Counted from the first letter of the stretch, positions 21,518-32,728 are shown. The stretch: DNA of 64,000 nt from an uncultured cyanobacterium (GCA_963706595.1 OY970166.1:4384001-4448000), one strand, 5' to 3'. The notes: generated by a model from the sequence alone, not told the origin. Made by a program: numbers and translations.

Positions 21518-21757
21518 ATGATTTCACAATCTGAAAACCCATTACCCAGTACAATTCAAGAAATTCCCTCCTCCGAACCGATGCAGCAAGATTCACTCAT
21601 TGCTAAAGGCTGGGAACGGGAACAGTACATTGGCATTGGTATACTGGCTATTGTCTTGATTGCTGCTGTCGGATATTTTAGTCGGCGATTTGCATATGCC
21701 TTGTTGTTTGCTTTTACCCTTAGTATAATATTGATAGTTTTTTTTATAACGATTTAA
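21518..21757 (+). CDS. small two-TM membrane protein
   Basis: 79 aa with two hydrophobic segments. Confidence 0.6.
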   Translation: MISQSENPLPSTIQEIPSSEPMQQDSLIAKGWEREQYIGIGILAIVLIAAVGYFSRRFAYALLFAFTLSIILIVFFITI

Positions 21758-21840
21758 GGATATGCTCTGTCCAGTATATATTTAAATTTTAAAATACCAA
21801 ATGCTATTATTCTACCTCTAGACCATTGAATAAATGAACA

Positions 21841-23934
21841 ATGCTCAAATTTTTTGCTGACCGAGGTGGTACATTCACAGATATAGTTGCTGTCACTGAT
21901 AATCAGGTAATTATAGACAAACTTTCCAGACATCCTGACCGTTTTTTAATTGTGCCGATTCCTGAACAGCAATGGGTTATAGTCTACAAACTACTTTCCG
22001 AAAATCCCGAACAATATCAAGATGCAGCTATTCAAGGTATTCGGGATATCATGAGTCTGACAGCTAACGAACCCATTCCCACAGCAGCCATAGAAGTAGT
22101 CAAAATGGGGACTACAGTAGCCACCAATGCCCTCTTAGAAAGAAAAGGCGATCGCGTCGTTCTTCTGATTACCAAAGGCTTTAAAGATGCCCTCAGCATT
22201 GGCTACCAAAATCGCCCTGATATCTTTGCCCGTCATATCGTTTTACCAACGATGCTGTACGAACAGGTCATTGAGGTAGATGAGCGCTATAATGCCCACG
22301 GAGAGGAATTAACCCCCGTTAATATTCAACAAGTAAAACAGGATTTAGAAACAGTTTACCACACAGATATTCGCAGTTGTGCCATAGTTTTCATGCACAG
22401 CGATCGCTATCCCCATCACGAACGACAAGTAGCCCAAATCGCCCAACAAATCGGCTTTACACAAATATCTATATCTCATCAAGTTAGCCCCTTAATGAAA
22501 ATAGTTAGCCGAGGTGATACAACAGTTGTAGATGCTTATTTAACACCGATTTTGCGTCGCTACGTCAACCAAATCGCCAGTCAGTTACCCGCAGTCAAAT
22601 TAATGTTTATGAAATCCGACGGCGGATTAGTAGCAGCCCAACAATTTCAAGGTAAAGATAGTATTTTAAGTGGACCGGCTGGGGGTATAGTTGGTGCAGT
22701 CCAAACCAGTCAAAGAGCCAATTTCCAGTTAATAATTACCTTTGATATGGGCGGAACCAGTACAGATGTTGCCCACTTTAAGGGAGAGTACGAACGCCAA
22801 TTAGATTCCGAAATTGCAGGGGCGAGGATGCGAGTTCCCGTATTAGCAATTAACACCATTGCGGCTGGTGGCGGTTCAATTCTATTTTTTGATGGTTCGA
22901 GTTACCGTGTCGGACCCGAATCAGCAGGTTCAAATCCTGGTCCTGCTTGTTACCGCAGAGGTGGTAAATTAACAGTAACAGATGCCAATGTGATGTTAGG
23001 CAAAATTCACCCGCAATACTTCCCCTCTGTCTTTGGCATTGATGGTAATTTGCCTTTAGATCAAAACATTGTCATTGAGAAATTTACCCAATTATCCCAA
23101 GAGATTGCAGACGTTACCGGGAATCAGCGTACACCCGAACAAGTAGCAGCTGGATTTATCGCGATCGCAGTCGAAAACATGGCAAATGCCATTAAAAAGA
23201 TTAGTTTACAACGAGGTTATGACGTTAGTCAATATACCCTTTGTTGTTTCGGCGGTGCTGGCGCACAAGTTGCTTGTTTAATCGCCGATACATTAGGAAT
23301 GAAAACGATATTTCTGCACCCTTACGCTGGAGTTTTATCCGCTTATGGTATGGGATTAGCTGATATTAGATCAATTAGAGAAAGTGGAGTAGAACAGCCT
23401 TTAACCCCAGAAATCATCCCCCAATTACAGCAACTAATGCAGACATTAGAAACCCAAGCTAGAAAAGCATTAACTTCAGAAGGCGTAAATAGTCAACAAT
23501 CAGTAGTCCAAAAAGTTAACTTAAAATATGTAGGAACTAACTCAACCTTAAATATCAACTTTTCCTCAGATGTGGCAATAATGCGACAAGAATTTGAGCT
23601 TGAACATCAAACTCGTTACGGTTTCATTCAACTAGAAAAACCCTTAATTATCGCATCTGCATCAGTAGAAATAATTCAAAAAATGGATACACCTGAAGAA
23701 CCCTTAATTACTCGTACCCGTCCCATAGATGCAGCACCCAAACCTGTGGAAATAGTCAGAATGTTTACAAATGATCAATGGCATAATACACCAGTTTACC
23801 GGCGAGAAGATTTACAACCAGAAGATATCATTAATGGGAGTGCAATCATAGTAGAAAAAATTAGTACAATTATAGTTGAACCTAATTGGCAAGCCAGATT
23901 AACTGAACGCAATCATTTAATTTTACAGCGCTGA
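21841..23934 (+). CDS. 5-oxoprolinase / hydantoinase A subunit (N-terminal half of OPLAH-type enzyme)
   Basis: DRGGTFTD, GTTVATNALLER, SGPAGG, DMGGTSTD and GPESAG. Confidence 0.92.
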   Translation: MLKFFADRGGTFTDIVAVTDNQVIIDKLSRHPDRFLIVPIPEQQWVIVYKLLSENPEQYQDAAIQGIRDIMSLTANEPIPTAAIEVVKMGTTVATNALLERKGDRVVLLITKGFKDALSIGYQNRPDIFARHIVLPTMLYEQVIEVDERYNAHGEELTPVNIQQVKQDLETVYHTDIRSCAIVFMHSDRYPHHERQVAQIAQQIGFTQISISHQVSPLMKIVSRGDTTVVDAYLTPILRRYVNQIASQLPAVKLMFMKSDGGLVAAQQFQGKDSILSGPAGGIVGAVQTSQRANFQLIITFDMGGTSTDVAHFKGEYERQLDSEIAGARMRVPVLAINTIAAGGGSILFFDGSSYRVGPESAGSNPGPACYRRGGKLTVTDANVMLGKIHPQYFPSVFGIDGNLPLDQNIVIEKFTQLSQEIADVTGNQRTPEQVAAGFIAIAVENMANAIKKISLQRGYDVSQYTLCCFGGAGAQVACLIADTLGMKTIFLHPYAGVLSAYGMGLADIRSIRESGVEQPLTPEIIPQLQQLMQTLETQARKALTSEGVNSQQSVVQKVNLKYVGTNSTLNINFSSDVAIMRQEFELEHQTRYGFIQLEKPLIIASASVEIIQKMDTPEEPLITRTRPIDAAPKPVEIVRMFTNDQWHNTPVYRREDLQPEDIINGSAIIVEKISTIIVEPNWQARLTERNHLILQR

Positions 23935-23981
23935 TCATCATAGGAATTTATAATGTTCATTATCTAATAAAATATATTTTT

Positions 23982-24052
23982 GTAGGTTGGGTTGAACAAA
24001 GTGAAACCCAACATTTTCACGAATTTGTTGGGTTACGCCTTCGGAAAACTAC
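23982..24052. repeat. GTAG-REP doublet, truncated at the array
   Basis: GTAGGTTGGGTTGA...AACCCAAC...GTTGGGTTAC...CTAC. Confidence 0.6.
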
Positions 24053-24829
24053 TGGCGTGACAAGGCTAAAATGTTGCAATAGATTTTTGAGAAAATTCAG
24101 ATAAATCAATGTTTTCGGCTTTTTCCTAATGCACTATTTTAAGCTTGCCACGCTAGTAGTGGCGTGGCAAGCTTAAAATGTTGCATTATATTTCTCTTGT
24201 GGAACAGGCATCTTGCCTGTTCTGGGCGGGCAGGATGCCCACCCCACAATAGTTTTGTCTATTGCACTATTTTAGGCTTGTCAGTCCAGTAGTGGCGTGA
24301 CAAGGCTAAAATGTTGCAATAGATTTTTGAGAAAATTGAGATAAATCAATGTTTTCTGCTTTTACCTAATGCACTATTTTAAGCTTGTCACACCAGTAGT
24401 GGCGTGACAAGGCTAAAATGTTGCAATAGATTTTTGAGAAAATCGAGATAAATCAATGTTTTCTGCTTTTTACCTAATGCACTATTTTAAGCTTGCCACG
24501 CTAGTAGTGGCGTGACAAGGCTAAAATGTTGCATTAGATTTTTGAGAAAATCGAGATAAATCAATGTTTTCTGCTTTTTACCTAATGCACTATTTTAAGC
24601 TTGCCACGCTAGTAGTGGCGTGGCAAGGCTAAAATGTTGCAATAGATTTTTGAGAAAATTGAGATAAATCAATGTTTTATGATTTTTCCTAATGCACTAC
24701 TTTAAGCTTGCCACGCCAGTAGTGGCGTGACAAGGCTAAAATGTTGCAATAGATTTTTGAGAAAATTGAGATAAATCAATGTTTTCTGCTTTTACCTAAT
24801 GCACTATTTTAAGCTTGTCACACCAGTAG
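24049..24829 (+). mobile_element. tandem array of 7 MITE-like inverted-repeat elements joined by single GTAG spacers
   Basis: Six units of ~107-108 bp with near-identical interior, plus one ~133-bp unit (24160-24292) with a different interior; ends TGGCGTGRCAAG / CTTGYCACRCYA. Confidence 0.9.
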
Positions 24830-24931
24830 GGTGGGTTAGGACGGTAGTCCGTAACCCACCATTATTTAAGTTTATGGTGGGTTACGCGGCGCTTTAGCGG
24901 AGCCATGCCCCTTGGGCTATACCCACCCTAC
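24826..24931. repeat. GTAG-REP doublet
   Basis: GTAGGGTGGGTTA...TAACCCACC...GGTGGGTTAC...ACCCACCCTAC. Confidence 0.65.
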
Positions 24932-25098
24932 AATTTTTGGGTAATTTATTTTTTGGTGTTCCCTAATACACAAACCTAGACGAGTAGCCGCAACTTCTAG
25001 TTTCCATTGTTATTATTAATAAATTAGACTGGACAAACAGCCTCTAATATGCAGAAACAATGAAAACTCGGCGCTATATTCGGAGGAAAAAATTAATT

Positions 25099-26085
25099 TT
25101 AGATTATATCTTTTTGGTACATTTCCCAGGCCAAAGTTGTGGACACAATTTGGTCTAAATTATTATATTTTGGTTGCCAACCCAGTAACTTGCCAATTTT
25201 CTCAGCACCAGCTATCACACAAGCCGGATCTCCAGGGCGACGTTCTGTTTCAATCACCGGAAAATCTACCCCAGAAATCACCTTAACTCGTTCAATAACT
25301 TCACGAACACTGTATCCTTTTCCATAACCACAGTTGAGAACTTGGCTTTCCTTACCTTGCTCTAAATAGGTCAAAGCATCTAAATGCGCTGCTGCTAAGT
25401 CTTCAACATGAATATAGTCTCTAATTGCTGTTCCATCTGGTGTCGGAAAATCTGTACCAAAAATTTTTACTTCTGTTCTACGTTGGAGCGCAGTATCACA
25501 CGTAACGCGAATTAAATGAGAAGCGTCTTTTAACATCTGCCCCAATCGCCCACCAGGTTCGGCTCCGGCAACATTAAAATATCGTAAAATTACATAACGT
25601 AAATCAGAAGCCTTAGCATAGTCACGAATCAGCCATTCACAAGCAAGTTTTGACCGCCCATAGGGGTTAATAGGTTCAGTTGGTGAAGATTCAGTCACAG
25701 GAATCTTTTCTGGTTGTCCATAAACAGCTGCTGTGCTAGAAAAGATAATTTGGTTCACACCCACATTTTCGCAACAACGGAGTAAATTCAGAGTGTTGCA
25801 AGTATTGTTAGCGTAATAATCTAGAGGACGAGAAACAGATTCGGGTACATTCAGACTAGCAGCAAAGTGTAAAACTGCCGCAAACTGATGCTGAGAAAAT
25901 ACTTGAGAAAGACATTCAGAATCTTTTAAATCACCAACAATTAAATCACCATGTAGTACAGCTTGGGGTGAACCAGTAGAGCAATTGTCATACACCACAA
26001 CATCGTAACCTGCTTCGCCCAACTGACGAACTACATGAGAGCCAATGTATCCCGCTCCACCAGTGACTAAAACTTTTTTATTCAT
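25099..26085 (-). CDS. galE: UDP-glucose 4-epimerase
   Basis: TGGAGYIGSH, SSTAAVYG, YGRSK, LRYFNVAGA and RDYIHV. Confidence 0.95.
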   Translation of the reverse strand: MNKKVLVTGGAGYIGSHVVRQLGEAGYDVVVYDNCSTGSPQAVLHGDLIVGDLKDSECLSQVFSQHQFAAVLHFAASLNVPESVSRPLDYYANNTCNTLNLLRCCENVGVNQIIFSSTAAVYGQPEKIPVTESSPTEPINPYGRSKLACEWLIRDYAKASDLRYVILRYFNVAGAEPGGRLGQMLKDASHLIRVTCDTALQRRTEVKIFGTDFPTPDGTAIRDYIHVEDLAAAHLDALTYLEQGKESQVLNCGYGKGYSVREVIERVKVISGVDFPVIETERRPGDPACVIAGAEKIGKLLGWQPKYNNLDQIVSTTLAWEMYQKDII

Positions 26086-27497
26086 CTACCCTTACCTAAT
26101 AGTACTACTCTAATGGTTTTGAAAAAGATTGCCAAATCCAAAGCCAGAGAATAATTTTTGATGTAGTAGAGATCATAAGCTAACTTCTCGTAAGCATCTT
26201 CTACCGATGCGCCGTAGGGATACATAACCTGCGCCCAGCCTGTAATTCCAGGTTTGACGACATAACGTAAGTCATAGTAAGGAATTTCTTCTCGCAACTT
26301 GACATCAAATTCTGGTCGTTCTGGACGGGGGCCAATAAAGCTCATTTCTCCCCGGAGAACGTTTAATATTTGTGGTAGTTCATCGATTCTTGTTAGGCGT
26401 AACCAGCGTCCCACCGTCGTGATTCGAGGGTCTTGTTCACCAGCCCACTGCGCCCCCCGTTTTTCGGCATCTTGATACATAGAGCGGAATTTGTACACTC
26501 TAAAGGGCTTACCTTCGCAACCAGTTCGCATTTGTGTGTAAAACACAGGACCTGGACTATTCAACTTAATAGCTATTACTACTAGCAACATCACTGGAGA
26601 TAAAATCACGAGCAATAACCATACCAAAATAATATCTGTCAACCGCTTGAGTCTTTGACTGATGCTATCAGCCGCTAAATTAAAACCATTGCCAAAAGCC
26701 AGCCAGTTACGCTGAAGCAAAGATGAAGGAAGTTTGTACCATAGGGTTTCACAAATATCGGGAATTTTGTAGATGGAGACACCAGATAATCGTAACTGGA
26801 TTAACTGCTGTATCTGTGCATCAGATAATTTTGTTGTTACTACTACCCCTGACCAAGATTGTTGACTCCATTGGGTTAGGTCATTAAGACTCCCGGTAGC
26901 AACTCGATTACTTTTTGTGAGCGAATTGATGTTATTATGCTCTGCGCTGCTTAAAACAACTAAGCGGCCTAATGAACTGCGTTCTAGAAAATATTCTACA
27001 AAGAGGATAGCTTTTTTGTCAGCACCCAAAATTAGCCAACGACTGTTTTCAGCTTGCACTCTTGTCCACTTGGCCGCGCATATTCTTAATCCCATAGCCC
27101 AGAGTGTAAATAGCCCTAAACTGGGAAGCAAAGTACCCCGTTGCAGAAATGTCTCTGTTCTCCAACTACCAGTAAAATAAATCAGCGAGGCCACAATACA
27201 GCCGACAATAAAATTACTAATCAAAATCCGGTATGGAGCGCGTAGACCTGATATTTGGGTCTGTGGATGGTAAGTATCTGCTAAATACAGTCCCGCAATC
27301 ACTAAGAGAGCAAATAGATAAATCAAAGGGTCAAAATTATTCAGATTTTTGCCCCATCGCCACCATAGAGAGGTAGATAAACTCAAGATTAATCCCAAGA
27401 TATCCGCCAATAACAACAGGACAGAAATAACATTTCCGAATAGGATATTATTATTTTCCGATAACTTATTTTTGCCAACAGTAATATTAATAGTCAC
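26082..27497 (-). CDS. polyprenyl-phosphate glycosylphosphotransferase (priming sugar transferase, WcaJ/ExoY-like)
   Basis: N-terminal TMs; [21 protein letters not shown] and KPGITGWAQ. Confidence 0.93.
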   Translation of the reverse strand: MTINITVGKNKLSENNNILFGNVISVLLLLADILGLILSLSTSLWWRWGKNLNNFDPLIYLFALLVIAGLYLADTYHPQTQISGLRAPYRILISNFIVGCIVASLIYFTGSWRTETFLQRGTLLPSLGLFTLWAMGLRICAAKWTRVQAENSRWLILGADKKAILFVEYFLERSSLGRLVVLSSAEHNNINSLTKSNRVATGSLNDLTQWSQQSWSGVVVTTKLSDAQIQQLIQLRLSGVSIYKIPDICETLWYKLPSSLLQRNWLAFGNGFNLAADSISQRLKRLTDIILVWLLLVILSPVMLLVVIAIKLNSPGPVFYTQMRTGCEGKPFRVYKFRSMYQDAEKRGAQWAGEQDPRITTVGRWLRLTRIDELPQILNVLRGEMSFIGPRPERPEFDVKLREEIPYYDLRYVVKPGITGWAQVMYPYGASVEDAYEKLAYDLYYIKNYSLALDLAIFFKTIRVVLLGKGR

Positions 27498-27935
27498 TTA
27501 GGTTTTTCTTCCACGCTAAAGACATTTGCAAAAAAGTAAATAACCTTAAAATTACAGGTTGTATTTACTACATTTTTCACCCAATATATATGTATCATAT
27601 ATTTAGACATTTATGGAGACGTAAAATTTACTGATTTTACTATTGTAACTTTTGTAACAGATACCGCTAACCCCAATTATTTTAGACAGACAGTAAAAAT
27701 ACAGTGGATAAATTTCTTTGTGAAGATCGCTTGATTAGCCAACTTTCTCGCCAACTCTACCTAGAGGTGACGGCACTAGCCCCTGCTGATTACGGTTAAC
27801 ACTATACTTTTCCTAAGAAATATAGCAAGGGACAGGGAGCAGGCTTAAAACTCCTTAACTACAAGGGTTTTATGATCTGTTTTTGTCCTAACCACCTTGG
27901 TGGTTACTATACTTTTGAGTTGGTCTGGCTGTATT

Positions 27936-27965
27936 ATAGTAGTATTACTTAAGTAATACTACTAT
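27936..27965. promoter_or_regulatory. perfect 30-bp palindrome in the divergent promoter region
   Basis: ATAGTAGTATTACTT|AAGTAATACTACTAT; the regulatory role is inferred from position only. Confidence 0.4.
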
Positions 27966-28199
27966 TGAATAAAGTTCTGAAGAAATATTTTCATAGATAC
28001 AAAAGATACAATAAAATTACTTATTGCTTTTTTTTGAAAAAAGCATAAGATATAGGGCGTATGAAAATAAATTAACTAAGTACCATTATCAGCTAACAAT
28101 CGGATACAATGTTTCACTTAGCGATCGCCATAGACCATACATAACCCATAGTCTATGGCAATATAATAGAAGACCTGTATAATTTGAGTCATCTAGTTT

Positions 28200-30395
28200 A
28201 TGCCTTCCTATCAAGAAGACCAAGACGAGATTAATTTCCAAGAGTATTGGCTGACGGTGAAAAGACGATGGTTTCTCATAGCAACCATCATCGGTTCTGT
28301 TTTTGGCCTCACGGCGTTCATTACTTTTAGTCAAAAGCCGATTTATCAAGCCCAAGGCAAGCTGATTTTTGATAAAAATAGTGTTTCTTCCCTAGCAGGT
28401 ATCAGTGAGGGGCTGGGAGGATTAGGAGGACTAAGCGGGGTGACAAATCTCTCCAACCCTTTGGAAACCCAAGCCGAAATTATTCGATCCCACCCCCTGA
28501 TCCAAAAAACTATTGATAATTTGCAGCTAAAAGATCAAGAGGGAGAACCTTTAAAGATAGATAATTTTATGCGGAAGTTTAAAGTCCAAAGTAATCGAGG
28601 TACAGATATTTTGGACCTTTCCTACCGTAGTATTGATCCTCAAGAAGCCAAGGATACCGTCAATCAATTGATGGATGCTTATCTGGAAAATAATCTTTCT
28701 ACCAACCGTTCCCAGGCTAAATCTGTACGAGATTTTTTAACCCAGGAATTACCCCAAGTTGAGGCACAAGTTTCCAACGCGGAATTTGCATTACGTCGGT
28801 TTAAAGAAAAAAACGAGGTTGTTGCCTTAGAAGAAGAAGCTAAACAACGACTTGAAAGGGTGTATGAAATATCCAACCAAATAACTTTACTGCAGGCGCA
28901 ATTAGTAGATGCTAACAGCCGTTCTGATGCTTTGCAAAATCAATTGGCATTGAACACACAGCAAGCCACAGCACTTAGCACTTTAAGCCAGTCAAGAGCA
29001 GTACAACAAGTTTTATCAGAATACCAGAAAGTTCAAGACCAGTTGGCTGTGGAAAGATCACGATTGACAGAAGAACACCCAGTAGTCGTGAACTTGTTAA
29101 GCAAAGAAGCAGCTCTGAAAGTACAGTTAGAAGGCAGAGTAACCCAAACTCTAGGTAATTCACAGCCTATTCCAGATCAAGATTTACAAATAGGAGAACT
29201 CAAGCAAGCCTTAACTGCTAATTTGGTGCAAGTAGAAGTAGAACGGTTGGGATTGGAGAATCAAGTTAATGTTTTGACACAGGCATTTACAGGTGATCAA
29301 GCACGTCTAAGAAGCTTACCCAGGTTAGAACAAGAACAGCTACAGCTACAACGACAGCTACAAGTGGCACGAGCCACCTATGAACAAATGCTGAGACGAC
29401 TCAAAGAAGTTCAATTGCTGGAAAACCAGGATGTAGGTAATGCCAGGATTATTTCTCAGGCTTTATTGCCAGAAAAATCAGTTTCCCCGCGCATTGCCTT
29501 GAATTTGGCACTAGGAGGATTTTTAGGGATCTTATTGGCTTTTGCATCTGCTTTATTGTTAGACGCTGTAGACAAGTCAGTGAAAACAGTGGACGAAGCC
29601 GAGAAGTTGTTGGGCTATCCTTTATTAGGTAAAGTTCCTAAGCTGCCTCTTGATGAGAGTACAAGCGAGTTACCCTTATTAGATAATCCTTATTCATCCG
29701 TGAATACTGCCTTTGAAATGCTACAAATCAACCTTGGTTTTACCGTTTCTGACAAGAAACTCAAGGTAATTGTGGTGAGCAGTTGTTTGCCAGGGGAGGG
29801 AAAATCTTTTGTCACAGCTAATTTGGCAGTGGCTACAGCCCAGATGGGACAGCGAGTTCTATTGATTGATGCTGATATGCGTCGCCCTCGCCAACAAGAG
29901 GTGTGGAAAGTACGCAATTTGATGGGCTTAAGTAATATTCTGGTGGGGCAGGCTAGTTTAGCACAGAGTTGTCACGAACCATTAGTAAATTTACACTTAC
30001 TAACTGCTGGAACCATACCGCCTAACCCTGCTGCGCTCCTAGACTCAGAGCGTATGCATGAATTAGTGCAGCAAGCTGCTCAAGATTATGATTGCGTAAT
30101 TATTGATACGCCACCGTTAACATTTATTGCTGATGCCTCAATTATAGGCAAATTGGCAGATGGAATATTGTTAGTTTCTCGTCCTGGTGTGGTTAATTCG
30201 GATGCGATTAAGACTACAAAGACATTGCTAGAAAACTCACGGTTGTCGGTATTGGGTATGGTCGTGAATGGTGTATCTGGTGATAGTAGTTACTACTACA
30301 GCAATTATAATTATCAACAAAAAAATGGGGATGGTAAAAAGCATACGATTGAGTCTCAATTCAAAGAAATCACGGAGAAATGGCTAAAAAAATAG
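28200..30395 (+). CDS. wzc: polysaccharide co-polymerase / tyrosine autokinase (Wzc/GumC)
   Basis: TM, coiled coil, TM; Walker A PGEGKS, IDADMRRP, IIDTPP and Tyr-rich tail. Confidence 0.92.
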   Translation: MPSYQEDQDEINFQEYWLTVKRRWFLIATIIGSVFGLTAFITFSQKPIYQAQGKLIFDKNSVSSLAGISEGLGGLGGLSGVTNLSNPLETQAEIIRSHPLIQKTIDNLQLKDQEGEPLKIDNFMRKFKVQSNRGTDILDLSYRSIDPQEAKDTVNQLMDAYLENNLSTNRSQAKSVRDFLTQELPQVEAQVSNAEFALRRFKEKNEVVALEEEAKQRLERVYEISNQITLLQAQLVDANSRSDALQNQLALNTQQATALSTLSQSRAVQQVLSEYQKVQDQLAVERSRLTEEHPVVVNLLSKEAALKVQLEGRVTQTLGNSQPIPDQDLQIGELKQALTANLVQVEVERLGLENQVNVLTQAFTGDQARLRSLPRLEQEQLQLQRQLQVARATYEQMLRRLKEVQLLENQDVGNARIISQALLPEKSVSPRIALNLALGGFLGILLAFASALLLDAVDKSVKTVDEAEKLLGYPLLGKVPKLPLDESTSELPLLDNPYSSVNTAFEMLQINLGFTVSDKKLKVIVVSSCLPGEGKSFVTANLAVATAQMGQRVLLIDADMRRPRQQEVWKVRNLMGLSNILVGQASLAQSCHEPLVNLHLLTAGTIPPNPAALLDSERMHELVQQAAQDYDCVIIDTPPLTFIADASIIGKLADGILLVSRPGVVNSDAIKTTKTLLENSRLSVLGMVVNGVSGDSSYYYSNYNYQQKNGDGKKHTIESQFKEITEKWLKK

Positions 30396-30689
30396 TGATT
30401 CAAGCTATAAAAAATTTGTGACTCAGTTGCAAATTGAGATAATTTAACAGCAAAATATGACTTAATTTGTTTGAATGCCCTCAAAAGGCAACAGTGAAGG
30501 CGCAAGAGTCAATAACTACGCGTTACGAATTCCTCACTATGGTATTGTACATAAGGTGCTAGTTTTTAGGAGTTGGGCTTCGATGGTCTAATTGATCTCA
30601 GTCCCTCCAAACGTAACCTTCCTATCTTAATTTATATATAGGAGGTCGAATTGCAGAGAAGGTGTGACCGAAATTAGAAGCACTGAAAA

Positions 30690-30882
30690 TAGGACTTACG
30701 CATTGACAATAAATCCCAAATATTATGTATAACTAAAAGGCACATATTTCGTAGAGATTTAGCAATGCTAAACCCCTACAACACGTGTATATTTACTATC
30801 AACATCGTCATTGTTCAAAGCCGGAAATTGGCTATTTTGGTGACAGCATACCATGATTAATTTGTACAGTGCGTAAGTCCTA
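30690..30882. mobile_element. MITE with TAGGACTTACGCA terminal inverted repeats, containing a GTAG-REP
   Basis: TAGGACTTACGCA...TGCGTAAGTCCTA; same family at 63440-63533. Confidence 0.75.
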
Positions 30883-30910
30883 GATTAATCCAGTCAACCC
30901 TTAACCGTAT

Positions 30911-32728
30911 ATGCAGAGCAAAAAGCGACACAATCAGAGTCAAACCCTCATTCAAGATTTACGACAGTTGTGGGGCTACCTCAGCCGTCGCCGTCGGGTG
31001 CAGTTGGGGGTTTTGCTGCTGCTGATGCTTGTGTCTTCTCTGAGTGAGATGATTAGCCTGGGGGCAATTTTTCCCTTTCTAGGAGCCTTGACCAATGCAG
31101 AGTCGCTTTTGAATGCGCCCCAGATGCAGCCAGTATTGAAACTGTTGCAGATTGAGTCACCAGTGCAACTGGTGACGGTCTTAGCCGTGGGATTTATTGC
31201 TGCGGCACTGCTGGCTAATGGGCTGCGCTTGCTGACGCTGCACGTACGTCTTCGTTTGGCGGCAGCAGTTGGGGCTGATGTGAGTAGTCGAATTTACCAC
31301 ACCACACTACGGCAGCCCTATAGTTTCCATGTGCAGCACAACAGTAGCGATTTGATGCAGACGCTAACGGGGGATACGACGCTTCTCACTAACAATATTT
31401 TAATACCACTTCTGGCGTTGCTTACTGATGTGCTGCTGGTACCAGCTTTGATAGGGACACTGCTACTTATTGATGGCAAAATTGCCTTATGGACAGCGGT
31501 GATTTTGGGGGGAGCCTATACGCTGATTTACCGTACCCGACAACGGTTGCTGAAGCGCAATAGCCAGATTATTTCCCAATCGGGGCAGCAAAAAATCAAG
31601 GTTGTACAGGAGGGTATAGGCGGCATTCGGGATGTACTTCTAGCACATTCCCAGGACTTTTTTGAGCGTGTGTATCTGGAGGCGGAGGCTTCTTTCAAGC
31701 AGGCGACGGCAACTAATTTAATTATTTCCCAGTCACCGAGATATCTCATAGAAGCGCTGGCCTTGTCGGCGATCGCTCTACTGGCTCTGAGCTTGGGGCA
31801 AAATGGTGACTTTAGTCAAGCAGTGCCAGTGTTAGGTAGCCTAACCCTGGGGGCGAAGCGGTTGCTGCCTGCGTTGCAAGAAGGATTTGCGTCTATGGCG
31901 AAAATTCAGGGGTCACGGGCGGCTCTGGCGAGGGTGTTGGTGGCTTTGCAGCGACCAGTTGATCCGCTACTACGTACTGCTCCAGCCATGCCCTTGGGAT
32001 TAGAAAAGGAACTGCGGTTTGAGGGGGTTTGGTTTCGCTATGGGGAGAAGACGGACTGGGTGCTGCGGGATTTTAACCTGAGTATGGCGGCGAAGACGAC
32101 AGTGGGGTTTGTGGGCAGTACAGGCAGTGGTAAGAGTACAACAGCAGATTTGATTTTGGGGCTATTGCAACCCCAGAAAGGGTCTATTTGGGTGGATGGG
32201 TTGCCTTTGGAGGGTGAGCGGTTGCGCCAATGGCAGCAGAGTATTGCCCATGTGCCGCAGCAGATTTTTCTAAGTGATGGGACGATGGCGGAGAATATTG
32301 CTTTTGGTATTTCTCAGGAGCAGATTGATTTTGAGCAGGTACGAAAGGCGGCGAGGTTAGCTCAGATTGAGGAATTTATTGAAGGTTTGCCTGCCCAGTA
32401 TGATACCTATGTAGGGGAGAGAGGGATTCGCCTGAGTGGGGGTCAGCGGCAACGGATTGGCATTGCGCGGGCGTTGTATCGCAATGCGTCGGTGATTGTG
32501 TTTGATGAGGCGACGAGTGCGTTGGATAATGCCACGGAGCGAGAGGTGATGGCGGCGATTGAGGGGTTGAGTCGTCAGTTTACGATTATTTTGATTGCCC
32601 ATCGGTTGAGTACGGTGGAGCAGTGTGATTTGGTTGTGGAGTTGAGTCAAGGGCAGGTGGTGTCTCAGGGAAGTTATCAGGAGTTAATAGAAAAATCTTC
32701 GAGCTTTCAGCAGATGACAACAGGGTGA
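30911..32728 (+). CDS. ABC exporter, fused TMD-NBD (PglK/Wzk/HepA-like glycan flippase)
   Basis: GSTGSGKS, LSGGQRQR, FDEATSALD and IAHRL; located in the polysaccharide cluster. Confidence 0.88.
   Translation: MQSKKRHNQSQTLIQDLRQLWGYLSRRRRVQLGVLLLLMLVSSLSEMISLGAIFPFLGALTNAESLLNAPQMQPVLKLLQIESPVQLVTVLAVGFIAAALLANGLRLLTLHVRLRLAAAVGADVSSRIYHTTLRQPYSFHVQHNSSDLMQTLTGDTTLLTNNILIPLLALLTDVLLVPALIGTLLLIDGKIALWTAVILGGAYTLIYRTRQRLLKRNSQIISQSGQQKIKVVQEGIGGIRDVLLAHSQDFFERVYLEAEASFKQATATNLIISQSPRYLIEALALSAIALLALSLGQNGDFSQAVPVLGSLTLGAKRLLPALQEGFASMAKIQGSRAALARVLVALQRPVDPLLRTAPAMPLGLEKELRFEGVWFRYGEKTDWVLRDFNLSMAAKTTVGFVGSTGSGKSTTADLILGLLQPQKGSIWVDGLPLEGERLRQWQQSIAHVPQQIFLSDGTMAENIAFGISQEQIDFEQVRKAARLAQIEEFIEGLPAQYDTYVGERGIRLSGGQRQRIGIARALYRNASVIVFDEATSALDNATEREVMAAIEGLSRQFTIILIAHRLSTVEQCDLVVELSQGQVVSQGSYQELIEKSSSFQQMTTG

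Noticed and set aside
24049..24829. CRISPR array
   Set aside because: The would-be spacers are near-identical in six of seven units, the repeats are the two ends of one element, and no cas genes are in the window.
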